Shown one piece after another: positions 13,001 to 28,600 of a DNA stretch of 64,000 nt (position 1 is its first letter; every line of letters begins with the position of its first letter). The notes beneath the pieces are model-generated. The model made no database searches. It saw only the letters and a list, made by a program, of their open reading frames with translations, and was not told the DNA's origin. The stretch lies in the NCBI GenBank assembly GCA_000934665.2, contig KZ538078.1:62001-126000 (forward strand), in the 5' to 3' direction. Source of the DNA: Catajapyx aquilonaris (lineage: Eukaryota). Made by a program: the position numbers and the translations under genes.

Positions 13001-16000
13001 CTCGAGGTAGGTACATTTTCGGCGCTTTTTAACCATGTTTGGCAATTATTGAGACTACTCCGCCGAATCCACTTTGTAATAGAATCTAGTTTCATAAGTT
13101 GAGGAACTCAATTCACCTCCAGTCTTGTATAATGAGGGCTAAATGAGCTAACTTTGAACCAGCACCCTCCCCCACCCTATACATAACTAGTACAACTCAG
13201 CAGCATGCATTAGAGAATCCGGTGCAAGGCTCCTCCAATAGTAAATCATGGCTATGACGCCATATTTTCTTTTTCCTCCCCAAACGAGTCGTCGATGGGT
13301 CGACAAATGGGCAATGGTTGTGTCTCTGGTGGCCCGTTTTTCCCAGCAAGCGCGCCTTTCAGGGGGCCCATAATTGCCCTCAATCTCAACCCTGGACCCC
13401 CTCGTCGTTTTGTCTCTGTGAACGTGAGCAGATAACTCAGGCGCGTTGGAACCTTACTTTTACACCCGGGGATCATTGCCTTTTGCCACCGCCAACCAGC
13501 CCTCCCGAGGACATGCCAAGGAATCGGTAAATCGCTTGACACGCATTTGGATGCGGGGAAGCACTTCTCACTCTTACGCCACCAGATACAGAATAGATGC
13601 AGTTGGCATCGCCTACAAAGGTCAATTTTGCCTATTTCTCTTCCCCCACCGAAAAGCCACTTGGAACAAATCTTCCGGAAAAACAATGCAGTCGTTGATA
13701 AGGCTCCAGAGTTCGGAGCATTATTTGCAACTGGTTGACTTGACAAGATTAACTAGAACTTGCGATGCTGCCAACACTGAAAAAGAAAATGGTGGCTCGA
13801 GTATATGTCCATCTCGTGCTCGTTAAAGAAGCTGGGAAAGCTAGCTTGATGGGTGGTCTTGCCTCAAAGGCCCTCTTTGATTCTATAGTGTGTAAGCTGT
13901 CTAAGTTGAGCAGTAATCAAACGCACGAATCCAGCACCACCCCACAAATGGTGACGCTCGCGGCACATTCGGAAGCTGTTCCGTGGGTGGTAAATGCGAC
14001 TCTAAATAAGCCCTCATTTTTATCTTTCCAGACATGAAGACTTGGGGATGTCTCAGTCAGCTGCCTTTTAGCACGGAAATGGCTCAAGGCAGTTGAAGGG
14101 AGGCCTACACTACTATTCTTCAAAAAACTTACAGAATAAAGGTCGCCAATAAGGTCAAATCATGGTTTTGTGGCTTTTGCTATCCCAAACTTTCATTAGT
14201 TACTGGGGGGGTTAGAAAACAGAAAAAGTGAATTGAGAGAAAGTCCTTCGGACAATCGATGCATCCCACAGTGTTTCAGGTCAATGGAAATGGCCTCGAT
14301 TTTCAGTGCAAGTGAAATAAATGATAGAAAGTCCATGAGAACTGCATAAAGGAAATGATTTTTTTAAATAGTCATAAAACTAGGGTATAATCTGGCACGT
14401 AATTCCGCTTCACCTTCGGACCCTCACCTGCCACTCAAATTAGTCGGCCAACAAGTTTCCAACTTTGACAATAAACTTTAGTGGAAGTTTAAACAGGTTA
14501 GTTAGAACGGCGTAATTGCAGGTCGCGCAGATACAGTGTATAATAGCCTGAAAGGCTAATTAGAATGAACACTCATTATGTTTCAAAGCAAGGCCAACGC
14601 CTATATACACTAGAATCAAGCATCAGTGCTTCTCTGCTGATGCTTCTTTCGCACGACTGTCCTAGACATTTTTGGGCATTTTCATTCATCATGAAAACAT
14701 TACACGGGAAATTACTTCGTACAATTTTATCCGCTCCGTGTCCTTAATGGATTTCCTGCAAATCTGGATACAGCCAGTGTCACATGCAATTCTAATCAGC
14801 TGACTTTTTCAACACGCTGAGGCGTCAAGTCTGCCCTTAGCATCTTTCACTTTAGAAAACAGAAAACGTAACTGGGTTGGCAAAATAGAATTCGCCTATT
14901 GTATTATACCACACAGGGTTTATTTTTCGTCAACTTTTTTTTACAACTCTGGTTATTGTATGAGGTTGTGCAGATGATCATACCTTCATTTTTGTTTTAA
15001 AAGGAGGACGGGTGGGGGTGGGCATGGGTGACCTGAGTGGAGAAGGTAAGAACAAAAAATGATGAAGAGAGCTAGATTCCTGGACCTGCTGAACAAGTGT
15101 CATCTCTCCCATTCCCTTCAGCTTTATCCACACACATTCCCTTTCCCTGTTCAACTTCCTCTAAAAATTCTTTAAAAGACGGGTCCGTTAGACAAAACCC
15201 TCATTATTTTGGATTTAAAAATCCTCGCTCAAAAATGGCTTCAGATGCGATTCGCCTCTCTGCTTTAAGGTAGACTTCCCAACACACTATACTGTTGCAT
15301 CTGCACGCATACACTCCAATATTCGTATATCACACACGTCTTGAACATGACAGAAGCATTTCCCTCTTAAAACGCCACGACTAGCTTAGATATTTTTCTA
15401 CAAATTCCAAAAAAATTGAACTTTAATTTATATTATGTACAACATTGCGTGTATACGTTATACAACATAGATGTGTATACAGAACCACAAAAACTGCTCG
15501 TGCAAACCTCCGTGAACCTCGCCATGCACATCGTAATTTTGTCATAAAGCTGGAAATTACGCGGCAAGTCCATATGCTATTTTTGGATGCAAACTACATC
15601 ATTACGCCTCTGTGGAGAGGTACTTCATTGACTCTTTGTGACTTTTTTTTATTGCTCACGCCCGCATGGAGAACCGCGCTACATGCACTACAAGGCCGCC
15701 GTGCACAGAACTCGTGCAAAATTATGCGAGATTTTTTCACCCGCCATTTATGACCCGAATATAGCCCGGTCCTGACTCGGTACGCATACGTGGCTACAGC
15801 GATCGCAAGGCGATGATTCTAATTTCAAGCAGCGATCTGATGCTGGACATCTGGTTGCAGAACCATGATAGAGCAGCGCCACTTCCTCCAAGGATCGTTT
15901 GAAAGTCAAAGAAGAGAACGGGTCGCGGGTCGCCTTTGTGTGATCCTCGTGGCAGTTTCCTGGGATATTCTCTACGTAATCACCAGTGCACTTCTGATCG

Positions 16001-17190
16001 ATGAGAAGCCATTCTTGACTTGTCCAGAAGTTGCTCTAACTTTTTTTTATATATATACCTACTCTCCATCCCGACCCTTTGAAGTATACGGAAAAGGAAT
16101 AGGTTTCTCATATAAGGATGGTAATTGGCAGATTAATCGACTCAAAATGGCATTTTGTCAGTCCCGAGGATGGATTGATACGAGTCATTCCGAGAGCTTC
16201 ATTACCGCGATGCAAAGTTAGGGGGATCTGATAGGCAGTGATCAAATTACGACGATCATATCCAGAGCACGTGGGCCCAAATGATATGTCTAATAAGACG
16301 ACGACCCCTTGGCTTCCATAAGGGTGAGTGCAAATTCTCAAAACAGAAAGTGACAAGCCAGGTGGAATTGAGCACTTTTCCTAGACCTGACATTGTACGT
16401 GGAATCGTGTTACAACCTTAAGGACTTATCAATTTCAGGTCTAAGGGTGGAAGAAACTTTTTTTTATCTCGTTTTCCTGAAGCAGGAGAGGGATCATCTT
16501 TTAAAACCCATTTAGGAAATGGGAGAAGTGAGTTCGTCATCTTAGCCGTCAGTCTTTCTCGACGGTTGAATCTGGAGAGTTTGAGTAGAGTTTTGAGCGC
16601 GTCATTCAAAAATATAAAAGTGAGGGCAAGGGAGGTGCTTTTGGCGGCTGACAACCTTCTCGTGAGAGGAAATGGGCTGGGTTTCAAAGGGGTGGAAACA
16701 CTTCCTCAAAGCTCTCCTCTATGGAAATGTATTCAAGCTGGACTATACGCTGTCGGGTGACTAGTTCCACTTTAGAGCAAAAAAACCGGGTGGAAAATCT
16801 ACATTTTTTACCCTATTCCGCGACGAGTCCTGGCGACCCTTCCATACATTTTCACGGAAGTAACCGACGTCCGGGTAGATGCGGGATTGAGTTATCGAAG
16901 CTTTTACACTAATAAGATAAAAGGACAGGGCAAGTGGTTGGGTGCTGCGTTTAGCCTCAACTGGGCCTATTCCGGTTGCCAAAAGTTTGCCCGGGGATTT
17001 AGCCCGACCCCCACTGGACTTTATTCCCGGCGCCAAGTTTCCCGTTTGTCCCTCCTCTTCCACATTGCCTATATAGGTAATTCTGTTATCAGACACTCTC
17101 CTGCTGTTATACCCCCTCAGTTTATCTTTAATTGCTAGCTTCCCTGGGCTGCGAAAGTTGGCTTTCAACGAACTCGGTTGGAGTAGAGGA

Positions 17191-17214
17191 AAGAAGAAGA
17201 AGAAGAAGAAGAAG
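17191..17214. repeat. (AAG)8 microsatellite
   Basis: Direct reading of the sequence. Confidence 0.95.
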
Positions 17215-20200
17215 AGATAGAAAAAAAACTGGAGGTTATTCTCAGAGAAACTTGGGGAGATTGGGAGATCTGCTTTCATGACGCAAAAGTGCTTGAGGAG
17301 GATCCGAGCCTTTTTGTCCAGACCAGCTTGAAACGATGAGGGCATAATTAGGATCAGGGATGAGGAGGAGGCTAGAGGGGAAATCACTACCAATACGGTA
17401 TATAGAGTCGAGTTTTCCCGGTTTTACACTGATGTCCTCTTTTCCATTTCCTCTCCTTGAAGGTCCATTACGGCTCACTTACCCTGCAGAACATCATCCC
17501 CAAAACATCCCCATTCACATTCATCTTGGAAACGTGAAGCATGTCTGCGTAATGTGTGTCAAGTAGTACACGTTCTTCCACTTTGGTCGCACGAGAGTGC
17601 CAGATAAGCTCTCTTGAGCGGACAATTTTATTCTGATACGCCTTTAACCTGTGCAGTATCCAGGGAGCCATTAAAGCGGGATGTACCAGGGTTCCAACTG
17701 GCTTCCCTTTTGTTCCTTTCGGTTACTTGCCATCACCTTTTCAACATTCCGCTACTACTGGAAGCCTTCTTTCCCGCTCGGATGACAAGGAATGGGGAAC
17801 TCTTGCCGTCTATTCATGTGGATTTCATTGCCAACTAGAGCGGAGGTTTCGCACAAAAGAAAGCTAGCGGTGCGTTCTATCTTGCTTGTCAGAACCCCAC
17901 GTGCCCGGTTCGCTACGACACTTTTGTTACAAGATCCGCTTGTTAGCCAAAATCTCCGCTTGCTCAGTAACCGCCGACCCAGTCAATATGTTATATATTG
18001 CTGTTACCGGATCCGTGTAAACGCATAATCTGGACCAAAGGAGCCATCCACAAGCACCCCCAAAGTCTGCCAAGCAGAAGAGACGATCAGGGATGGCGGC
18101 GTCCAAAGTCTCCGCACACATTTGCGGACACAATGGTTCCCAGGGAGAGGCCTAATTGGATTATCCGGAGCCCGGTGCCCTTCGTCACTTGGCCATTGTG
18201 CTCCTCTTATACATGGGCGGGACTCAGCCCGGCCCCTCGGTTGGCCTTTCCTTCTCCCTGACAAAGTGTTGCCTCAATGCACCCAGCTCTCTTTAATCTC
18301 AAAAAGTGCCCATTCTTCCTCGGGCGCTTCCTCCCAAAGCTGCCTCCCGGCCCACTTGCAACTTACTTCTCCGCCAGACCAGCAGGGTTAAATAAAATTG
18401 CCTGGTCCATACAGCTCCCAATGTAGTTACAAAAAGAACCTCCATTGATTTCAACTCAACCACTGCTGCTATGCCTATCTGAAAGACCTTTCTTCTCGGA
18501 CGGACGGCCCATCATGCATTCACATGTGCTTACTCAATTATTACATCACTTGTCCAAATTATGTACGTCTCTGGTGCTGCACTGCTTCAAGCACTCTGAG
18601 TTGGAACCTTGGTCTAATTTCAACGGGAATGGTTCCAAGTTCATCAACGCATGCTAATCTTTTCTGCTTCACTCTAGGGCACTTGCCAGAAATGCATGTT
18701 GTGCAAACATCACACATTACAAGTACAGTACAATGCATAAGCAGGGCCAGTCCTTCATTATTGCTGTACTAAAATTTCCAGGTTATGGATTTCATCATTC
18801 AGGAATGCTCCCTGCTGGAATCTTCAACAATTTAAATTTAATATTTACTATCCACAGAAGCCATGATATACTATAAGTTATATCATATGCACTGTACATA
18901 ATCCTCCAAGTTATGTATGTCATCCAGTGTCGTAGCAACTTACATCCGGATTCATTAAATCATCCTGCATCCATTATTACTCTGGCTCCTATATATTTAA
19001 AGCATAACCTTCTCGGAATACCCGCACAGACGTCTCACCTTGACCCCGCTCACATCAAGACAGGCCTAATCTGTTCATCTTGCGGATTTACCTCGTAATT
19101 TTCAGTCGCGTCGGATGAATGAAGCCGACAGGTGAGGCCCCAGCCAAGGGAAGACCCTGCATAAAATAGGCTCCACCACTCAGCCAACTGTTTCACCATA
19201 TTGTATACTGTACCTTCTCTTTAGAATCCGCACAGACCCTGACACACATACTCGCGCACACATGCACACGGATGTGCCTGTAGCCCGTAGGTGAAGTGCA
19301 TCATACAGTATAGACTCCCTATTTGCAAAATTATCATAACCACATTTTAGTTTGTATCTATAATACAGTTTTCTCTGTATAAAATTATACCCAACCCGCA
19401 TGTTGCATCATCTTACATATTTAAAAAACCACTGTCAATGAACCTAGTGTATACGGTGCTAATCCCAGCTAGTTTACAGCCTTGAAATAACTCGAACACC
19501 CCCACTCGGAGGCTCATGTAACTTGTTAGATGGTGGACAAATCGAACGAAGGGGTTCGCTCAAGTTATCGTCATATATATTACCTCCCTTCTTTTCAGAA
19601 AGGACTTTGGCAGAGGGGGCCAGCGGCGGGGCAAATGAGGCCGAAACGAAATAAAAGATTCGCTGCAGCAGCCATTCATAACGGGATAAGCATTAGGAAT
19701 GGGGCCTGGAGGCGAATATATCATCTCGGCGGGATCAGAAAAGCAGGCAGCCGTGCGTGCTGATGCTGCTGCCCATTCGTGCTCGCTCACTCTTTCGGTA
19801 CTTTATGCCGGACTCACTTCTTTCCTTTCTTTCTACGGCTTGCCTCCATTTCACTCGCCGCATATATTAGAATGCATGAAACTATCTGACGGGAATCTGA
19901 TACGTGGACGCGTGACCCCTTGCTTCCAGGCTCCTGCAGCTCATTGTTTCTTTTGCAGCCGGAGGAAAAGAATGGCCACCGTCGGTTGCTGATGCTGGGA
20001 GCCTTGCCAATCCGCACCAGTTTATGACCGCACCAGCCCAATCTTTCTTGGGATTACTGGCGTCAATAATGCTTGTTTAGAGCCATGTAGAAAAACAGTG
20101 TGGTATGTTTTTTTGCCCAAGAAAAACCGGCTCGGCAACATATCATTAGGTCCTCACTCACCCTGTGTAAACACTGCCTGCAGGGGGAATAATTACATAT

Positions 20201-23200
20201 GCGTACGGAAGCGTTGGTTATGGGTTTTTTTTTCTCTTGTTTGCACGATCCGACTACAATAGTTGACGCTACTCCTGCTGTTGGAACAGTGTTGCACATT
20301 ACTCTCGATTATACCACGTGCAAAGAGGGAGTCATTCAATCGATTGTGTTGGGTGTTTGAAGTTGATAAACATGCCAGGAGTAACAATATATGTTACAAA
20401 GTCATGTTAAGAAATGCCGGATGGAGCTGTAGGGCAGCAGCATTGTGAGCCAGCCACTGTAGACTGGGGTCACAGAGAGTGCGAGAGAAAGGCCAAAGAA
20501 GGGGAGCTTTTCTCGCTTCATCTCCTCTTGGCGATGCCTTTGGCTTTCTCTGCTTTTTCCATCCAAGCAGGGATGAAGAACGGGGCAGATTCGGGAATCG
20601 AAGCGGAAGGCCAACCCGTCGGCCATATTATTTCCCCACCATCCAGCCAGGCAAGCCAAGCCACCCACCCTCGGCATGCATGACGTCATTTCCATGCCCA
20701 GCTGAGCTTGGCGTCGCTTCCGAGAAGCAGAGAAATAATCAGTCCTGGGAGGGAAACTCTGCTTACTGTCCGCTCCGACGCTTCCAATGAAAAGCGTAAA
20801 CTGGGAGGTGCCTCTCCCTATTCATTGGTGGAGATTGCAATGATATGGGAGGCAGTAAAGAGATGAGAAATGCTCCGGATAAAAGCAGACGGATGCGGCA
20901 CACTCAAGCTGTACAAGCAAAGCTAACTAAACAGGCGGAGGCGGCCAAAGTGGTTTGTGAGCTTGGTTAAGCAGGCAAGCACGTGGCTTGTATGCCCCTC
21001 GCAGTACACAATTCAGGATGCTTCTTGCAACTTGCAACAATTCACTTTGATGGCCTAATGAGGCGAGTAGCTTTACGCTGCTTGCACTCAACTGCTGCCC
21101 TCAGGTTTCCTTTTCCAGCACCCCCTGCTGCTTCTGGAGTCTGATAATAATGCACTTCATTGCCTACTGGTATGGTTCAGAGAGGACAGCTATGGCTTGC
21201 CTTCAGGTGATTCCGCATAATTTTGGGCTTCAGTCATCAATCTTGCCGCCCAAATGATATTTTTGCAGCATCTTTTTAATATTCCGGGCAGTAGAGCCTG
21301 CTTGATATGCACGAGTTGAAACACTGCGTTTTGCCAAAGTACGCACTCATACAGGAGGCGCCCAGTATAATCGTCTCGCTTGGAAGAGCGGACTGATTCA
21401 GATGAAAGGGCCACGAAAGGAAGAACCTCCCAACGCTTGGCAGCTCATGTACGAAATAAATAATGTGCTCCTGTTATGGTGACTGTAACGGCGAACCTGA
21501 GCATTTATGCGCTTTTGCATATTATTTTTGTCTGCGGAATGATTAATTCTAGTCGTGATATATTGCGGCACATGTATTATAGCTGACTTCAGGCAGTGCC
21601 ATGATAAATATTCCTGTCCAAAAAAAAACAAAAAAAAACTCCGCTACTCAGAAATAACTCGCGAGGTGCAGTCGGACATTAGAAACGCAACCGCTTTATC
21701 TCCGGCAAGTGACATTCTGGAAGGTTACCAGACACCTCACATTTCCGAAAGTGAAGGCAATACCCTTAGGAGCAAGATGTAATCTGCACGGAAATCCTAT
21801 TGTTTGTTCAAAAGACACTCACTTTGCCCGAGATGACTCGCACAAATTCTGAGCGTGCAAAGTAAAAGCAATCATGACCTGCTCTACTTGTGGTCCGTGC
21901 CTAGAATGTAATCTAATAGGGTAATTATCGACCGTGTAAAGTTGGTGTAGAGTGTGTGCTCAGGTCCGAATGAATTGAGAGAAAAGCCTTGGCAAAAATT
22001 CGGGCGTCCGGGATTCTGCAGGGAGTAAGGAGAGAAGCTCCCCGTTTCTTTCCACTAGAGTGTAATTCCCCTCCAGATCCGGCTGTTTCAGAGGAAAAAG
22101 GGGCGAATTTCCCAAAGGCATCCGCTGGCTCCATGTGTACTTGCTACTGGATTGGCAAGAAGAAGTATTCTGTTTCTTTCGGGATTCCACGGAGACACCC
22201 CTGGTCTTCAAGACAGGACAATCAATCCCACTCTTTTCTCAAATCCAGCCCTCCCTTGCCTGCCCACACTCCTCAGATTGCGTTGTGCCACTGATGGAGA
22301 CTTGCTGCAATCGCATATTCACTATACCTTCTGCTGCAGCCTTCCACTTCCTCTTCATTTCTTCCCACCAAAACCTCCAGCTGCAAACTTCATTTTTGGC
22401 CCGTTACCGCCAGATTGATCTTTTAATGCTATGTAGACCAACCTTCATCAACTTTTCGCAAATGTTGATTTATCCGCTCCCAACTTCTCTGTGTAAGCTT
22501 TGTAACAATAATCCTCAATCCATCAAGCCCCACCTCCCTAAGTGACTATGAAATTAGCTGCGAAGCGACGTCTACATGAAATATGAGAGAATGAAGGGGG
22601 AAAAAAAGGGTGGGGGGGGGGGCGCCTTCATTCCTCAAGTCTACATATTCTCCGTTTCTTCCACCTAGCCTTCAATGATAAGGCTTGATCGATCCAAAGC
22701 ACAACAGAGGAGACACACACAAAAAAATGGCAGCATAGAGCCAGGGTATCAGGGGATAGCCGCATCGCCTGGTAAATCACTCTCCAACATTTTAAAGATG
22801 GCGCAAAATTAATGTAGTCTTGACAAGTTCTATTAAATCATAATTGAAAGCGGGAGGAAATTAAACTGAAAGGATGGGGTTGTGCTGATGGTAACTGCGG
22901 TTCTGATCAGACGAGGGGAAAATGAGAAAATCTGCATCGGGGATAGGAGGGGGGAGGGGGGAGAACTATCCGCACCATAACCACGACACACTTTGCTAGA
23001 CGTATGATCCGATCGACTTTTGCCTAGAATCACGCATGGCCAAATTTTACCGCCAATTCCCACCTAATTATCATAATGGAAGTGTATCAATCCGATGAAT
23101 TTTCTGCAAGAGTTGCGGGATTGACTCCACTGGTTCGGACTGGGAAGCGCGGGTAGGGTCGAGCGCTGCTTTTATCAAATCTGCTTGTTACAGAAGCGGA

Positions 23201-25465
23201 TATGAGCGGTAACAACCGTCGGGATTAATAAAACGAATTTACATGATTCGTGTCGTGTTGCATAGCCAGAGCTCTTTCGGTATCGCCCCTAGAGGCTGTA
23301 CTATCCGGGGGGGAAAAATCCATCAGGTACATATCAGTACGACAAGCTCTGGAAAAAAAAAAAACATTCTCTAACCCGCTCAATCTGCCAGACAACTTTT
23401 AGGTTTTTGTCCCCGGCGACTCTCGTGTCCAAAATGGCCCCCGAGGCATCCATTGGACCTCCTTGTAAGCGGCGGGAAACCAAGTTCGTTAGGCCCTCCG
23501 GATTGAACCTTCCCCAAGCATTTTTTTTTTTTTCTTCTTCTTCTTCAAAACTCCCCCACCTTCTACTTCTGCAAGACCTGAAACAACATCTGGTCGAGAA
23601 GTTTTGGGGCGTCTTCTTGGACGCATCAGTATCCTAATGTTTGTGTCACAAAGGCTGCCAGATTTGCGGGGGAGAAGGGGACGGCCCTTGAGGCTGGTCC
23701 GGATTTTTACAGGAAACTTTGAAGAAAAAGGCGAAGACAGCAATATCGTGGTTTAGTTCGCATATGGCAACATCAAAAGTAGACACTTTTTGACACCTTC
23801 CCTAAGGGCAAATAGTTTAAACATTAGAAGAAGAAAAAAGTTCGTCTCCTCCCCATACCTTGTACCATATTTGAATTGAATTGGCTGAAGACAGGAAATG
23901 TGGGGGATGAAAGGTCGTGATCTCAAACCCCACCCATATGACCCTGACCCCACCGCCCTGAAGCAGGGTGATATCATATATGTGAATGGCCTCTAGCAAA
24001 TCTGAATTTTCTTGTGTGCTCTTATTTTTCTTCTCCAAAAAATCTTATCCTTGTAAGCCCCGCGCCAGTCCCCTTGACTTGGTCCAGGGTCATTTCTCAT
24101 CACCCACATGGTGGAGGAGGAAGTGGGGAAGGGCAAAAGAGGGCGGATTAGATGGCAGCCACACTTGTTCTTAGGCTGTTGGCGAGGGTAACAGTCTGCC
24201 AGCAAATCTCATCTGCACGCTCAACTGCCCACACTCAAGAGGGGGACTATCAATTCATGAGGAAAAGAAGAAGGTTGGAGAGATCTGTATAATGTCAACC
24301 TATAGTTCGTGGCCTGAGAGCAGACCGTCCTCAATGCCGTTCAATTAATTGGAACTAAACGTGTGATGTATGGCGGGATCTGTAACGACCAATGATTAAA
24401 TAATCATTACTGGCGTTCAGGGAAGGGTTGATATTTTATACTGTAGTGGTTAGAACAATTTGTCCATTGTGCCGCGTTAAGTTAATCGAGCTTTTATTGA
24501 TCATTGGTGGTCGGTAATCAATATAATTGTTATCGACAGGCTTTTAAAGGGACAACCAACACTCTAAACACATCACTTCGCGATACTTTACGGCAATAGT
24601 ATGTGGTGCATGCGTTATTACGCTGTGGGGATGTGTACTTATTTATGCCGTTAATGCTGCTACTGTACACTATTTCAAGAGGAACGTTCCTTATGTCGAC
24701 TTTGTATACTAATATACCAATTTGTACAACAAAAGTTACTACTAGCAAAAGCCATCATTAAATTACTTATAAATTTTTTCCTGCTCATAGCAATCAAATA
24801 AAAACCTCGGATATGCATGGATATATAATGACGAAATATGTAAATAAAGCTGTTGACTTATAATGGCTATACGCTTCAGTTTTCAAGTTAGGTTTGGAGA
24901 GAGACAAACTTGATGGGTTAGAAGATTCGACTGCAGTATTACGAGCAAAAACCCAGCCTTGATGATGTCCGCCTTGGCAAAATTGCCAACAAACAGGAAA
25001 TAACGTCCCTCTTCAGCCTGCGCTGGGAAGGAGTCTCTCGTGATTTTAACACCACTCATCACAGACGTCGTGGCGGTTTTTCGGGAAAAAAACGGCGAGA
25101 GTACTGGCACAAAATGGCATTAGCAAAAAATAATCAACCCGTCAAGAGGTTTACATCATAATTTGCACTTTTTGGCCCCTCCTGAGTGCGCCACTTCTGA
25201 GAGCCAATTTGTTCCAGTGCACATCATGAATTCTGCAAAAGTTCAGCCTCTCCGAGATAAGGCTGAGGTATAGCACAAATGACAGAATGCGAGAGCCGAG
25301 TTGGAATTTTAACCAACATGAACGTCGTCCTTGTCGCCTCTTTGTTCGACCTCCTCCAAGCCAGGAATCCTACTTTCATTCTGCAACTATTTCCCTTTTT
25401 TTCCCCTCCTCTTATAAAATGCAGTACCGGAATGTCAACTCAAAAAATGCAGGTTATCAACATCA

Positions 25466-25691
25466 TTTTTATTTTTCTCCTGGCTTTGAAAGAAAGAGCC
25501 ATTTTTGCGTTAATATTAGTGTCAGCTAGACAGAATATTCCAAAAACTTTTTCTCATAAATAGGGTAGAAATATATTTGTTTTATTTTTCTCATCCTGGC
25601 TTTGAAAGAAATAGTCATTTTTGTGTTAATATTACAAGTGGCAGCTAGACAGAATATTCCCCTCCAAAATTCCATAAATAGGATAGAAATA
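25466..25691 (+). repeat. Two-copy tandem duplication, period ~116-119 bp
   Basis: CCTGGCTTTGAAAGAAA, CATTTTTG.GTTAATATTA, CAGCTAGACAGAATATTCC and CATAAATAGG.TAGAAATA each occur twice in the same order. Confidence 0.9.
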
Positions 25692-28600
25692 GAGAAGGGT
25701 GCAGCACACAATACACCCCCTTGTTCATCTTCCAGCTTCCCTTTTCACCCTCAAAAATACTTCTTCCCCGTCGAAACAACCCATCTAAATTCTTAGGAAA
25801 AGCCCCACCTTCTCCCCCCCACCTTCCCCTTTCCTCAGAAAACCACTTGGAAACCCCACACTCCCTAACCCATTTTGACCCCCTTGTTGTCTCAGCTGGC
25901 TAGAAGGAAGCTTTCAAATGCGGCGGTGGCACCTCCACCCCCACCAACACCACTTTGTCTTTTTTTTTTCTTCTTCCTTTTTTTTCGTATTTTATTCGTT
26001 TTTTTTTTGTCAGATCTCTTTCCCTCGCTATTCTTCTCTACTGCCATCAAGCTCTGTGCAGAATCAATAACGAAGCTTCTACTGTAAGGGGTCCCCTACA
26101 TTTTTGAAGCCTCCTGCTGAGCATTAAGGCTCGCTTCTTGTCTGAGCACTTCCGATTAGTTGCCAGGCCAGGAAGCCAAAATGTATCCACCAAATTACAC
26201 CCAGGCATAATAATTACGTCAAGGAATCACCGCAAAGAGTGAAAGAAGAGGAGGACGGGGAGGAGGAAAATTGGGCTTATTTCCTGGCCGTGCTATTTGG
26301 CATTATGAGTATCGACTTGAACCCCCACCCACCCACTCTCCAAGAATGGTTACTGTCTTTTTATGGGCGAAATTGACGACCCTAATTATGCCCCGCAAAA
26401 TTCAGATTTAATGTCGATAAATTTTTAGTTGCTGCCAAGTAACGGGCGGCGTCGTCATAATGCAGGGAGGGGAAAACTGGGTTGTGTGTATGCAACTTGG
26501 GTGAAACTATTATTTATGCGATTGTACGTATAATGCATAACCTGCAACGTGCAAATGAAAGTGAGTTTGGCGGCCCGTGAGAAACCGCTAATGAACTGAC
26601 ATCAGGCGTAATGATATGAAAATACCGTGTTCCTGTGGCAATTATAACTAGATTTAGTGCCATAATTAGTACATCCCAACTTTCCAGGTTATTTGGACTT
26701 AAATCACAAGAATTTTTTCATGTTGAAATGGTACATCGTAGGTAGGCATGTGTTATGCTGCCATGCACACACAATTATAATTAACATTAAAAAATTTTAA
26801 TTAACATGTTCAGGTTCGCTAAGGCCAAAGACTTTCCATATACACCAAAACATCTACAGCGTAGCCATGGTTTTACAGCTCTCTACTATGGTTGGAGTGA
26901 ATTATTCTGCTTGTAGTTTATGGCAATGTAGGACAGTCATACTGGGTTCAAAAGTTTCGGAGAGAAAAAAATTCATACGCATAAAACTAATTGCAAAAAA
27001 TACCATATACAGTACGTGCAACGAGGCATATAAGCCTATTACTAATTGCAGTGTTGTCATGTGATTTTAATAGGGCAATTTATTTCTCAATAAAGCAGAA
27101 TTTGCATGTAGCGATACTGATTATGAAGACCCAGTGTAGGTGTAAAATGGCATAGAGGTTATTTTCATCACTGACCAATATACTGTATACAGTTGGGTAC
27201 TGACAGGTGCAATGTTCTCATCACCGCTTAGAATAACATCAGAAGCAATGCCCGATACAAAAAAAACTAGCAAATCCTTCATTCAAACTTTAATATTATG
27301 CTCGTAATGTAGCCGGCTACAGTACGATACATGCAAATGCCTAGGTGACATTGTCTGTGTTTTATGCAAATGGTTTTAATACTTTACGTTATCCCATTGT
27401 TGCCACTTCCTTTTATAACCACTTAGGCGAATAATTGTTCTCCACTCTAACCTGGGTGACGAATTATATGACCGTGAGTGCTGTAATAAAAACGCTCAAG
27501 AGTTGCTCTATGAGCCAATTTTCTAATGAATGAACCTGACAAAAATGTACCTACTATTTAATAGCTATATAAATGTTGGACTCCCCAGTATCATCTTCCA
27601 TGGAGTATATTGACACGAATAAATTCTCCCGAATGAAAAAAATGGGACAGTATTATGAATCGCATCCCTATGGGAGAATCGAGATGAGCTTTGCCGAAAT
27701 CCACCGCCACCTCGCTCAGTGTTTCATCTCCAGTCTTGCATGATCTATTCAATAACACGCAAGCCACTCCATCAAAAAAAAAAGGATAGAAAAGGGGCCA
27801 AATAATGCACTGGGAATGGAACGGTCGTGTACGTGATGGAGGAGGGATATATGACTTGGGAAAATATGTGGCAACCCTTTGGAGGCTATGGCCATAAGTT
27901 ATTTGTTTCTACTTTAGTAGTGCTATGCATTATGTGATGAGATTTTTCAACTCCCCCTATATATACCCTCCTCCACCCTGCTTATCCGTAATAAAGTGTT
28001 GCTTGCATCCTTATTAAAAACCAGACTCCCCCCGGACACAAACGGTCCCTCATAAATTTTACGCTCTGTCAGACTCGGAAATTATTACCCCTCTTCATTC
28101 ATTACAGCGGCCAGTAATTTTTACCGCGGCACGTAACTTGCCAGATAACATGATTTAACGGGCATTACTATGTTAACTTTCCACTTTCTACATCATCGAA
28201 TGCAATAATGCTGCCTTTTAGTGACCCTAACGAGGAATTAAAACCCAATCAAAGAGCTAATTTTGGGCATCAGTTAGCAACGTTTCTGCCTTAGAACCGG
28301 TTCGTTCGTAAATCTGTCTCCGGTTTTGGAGAGCTTTAATATGTGTTTCTCCACGTGCGTGAATGATGCCAGCCGATCATTTATGAGCCGCAGCCATTTT
28401 TTGTCTTCCTTTCTCAACGACGTTCAGGCAGAGAGAGATACCCCTGGAAATCGGGTTTATGGGACTTTTCCCCTCCCCGACCCCATGGTTGATTAAAACT
28501 CGTAAATTCATACTACAGTCATCGGCTCAGTAGGGCGGAAAAACTATTTCAAACCAACTCAGCTAGTTATATCAGTTCATTGTAAATTTCCGACCCAATA

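Noticed and set aside
16761..17393. Longest ORF (210 aa, minus strand)
   Set aside because: Runs through an (AAG)n microsatellite giving poly-F, has no recognisable domain and uses a non-ATG start.
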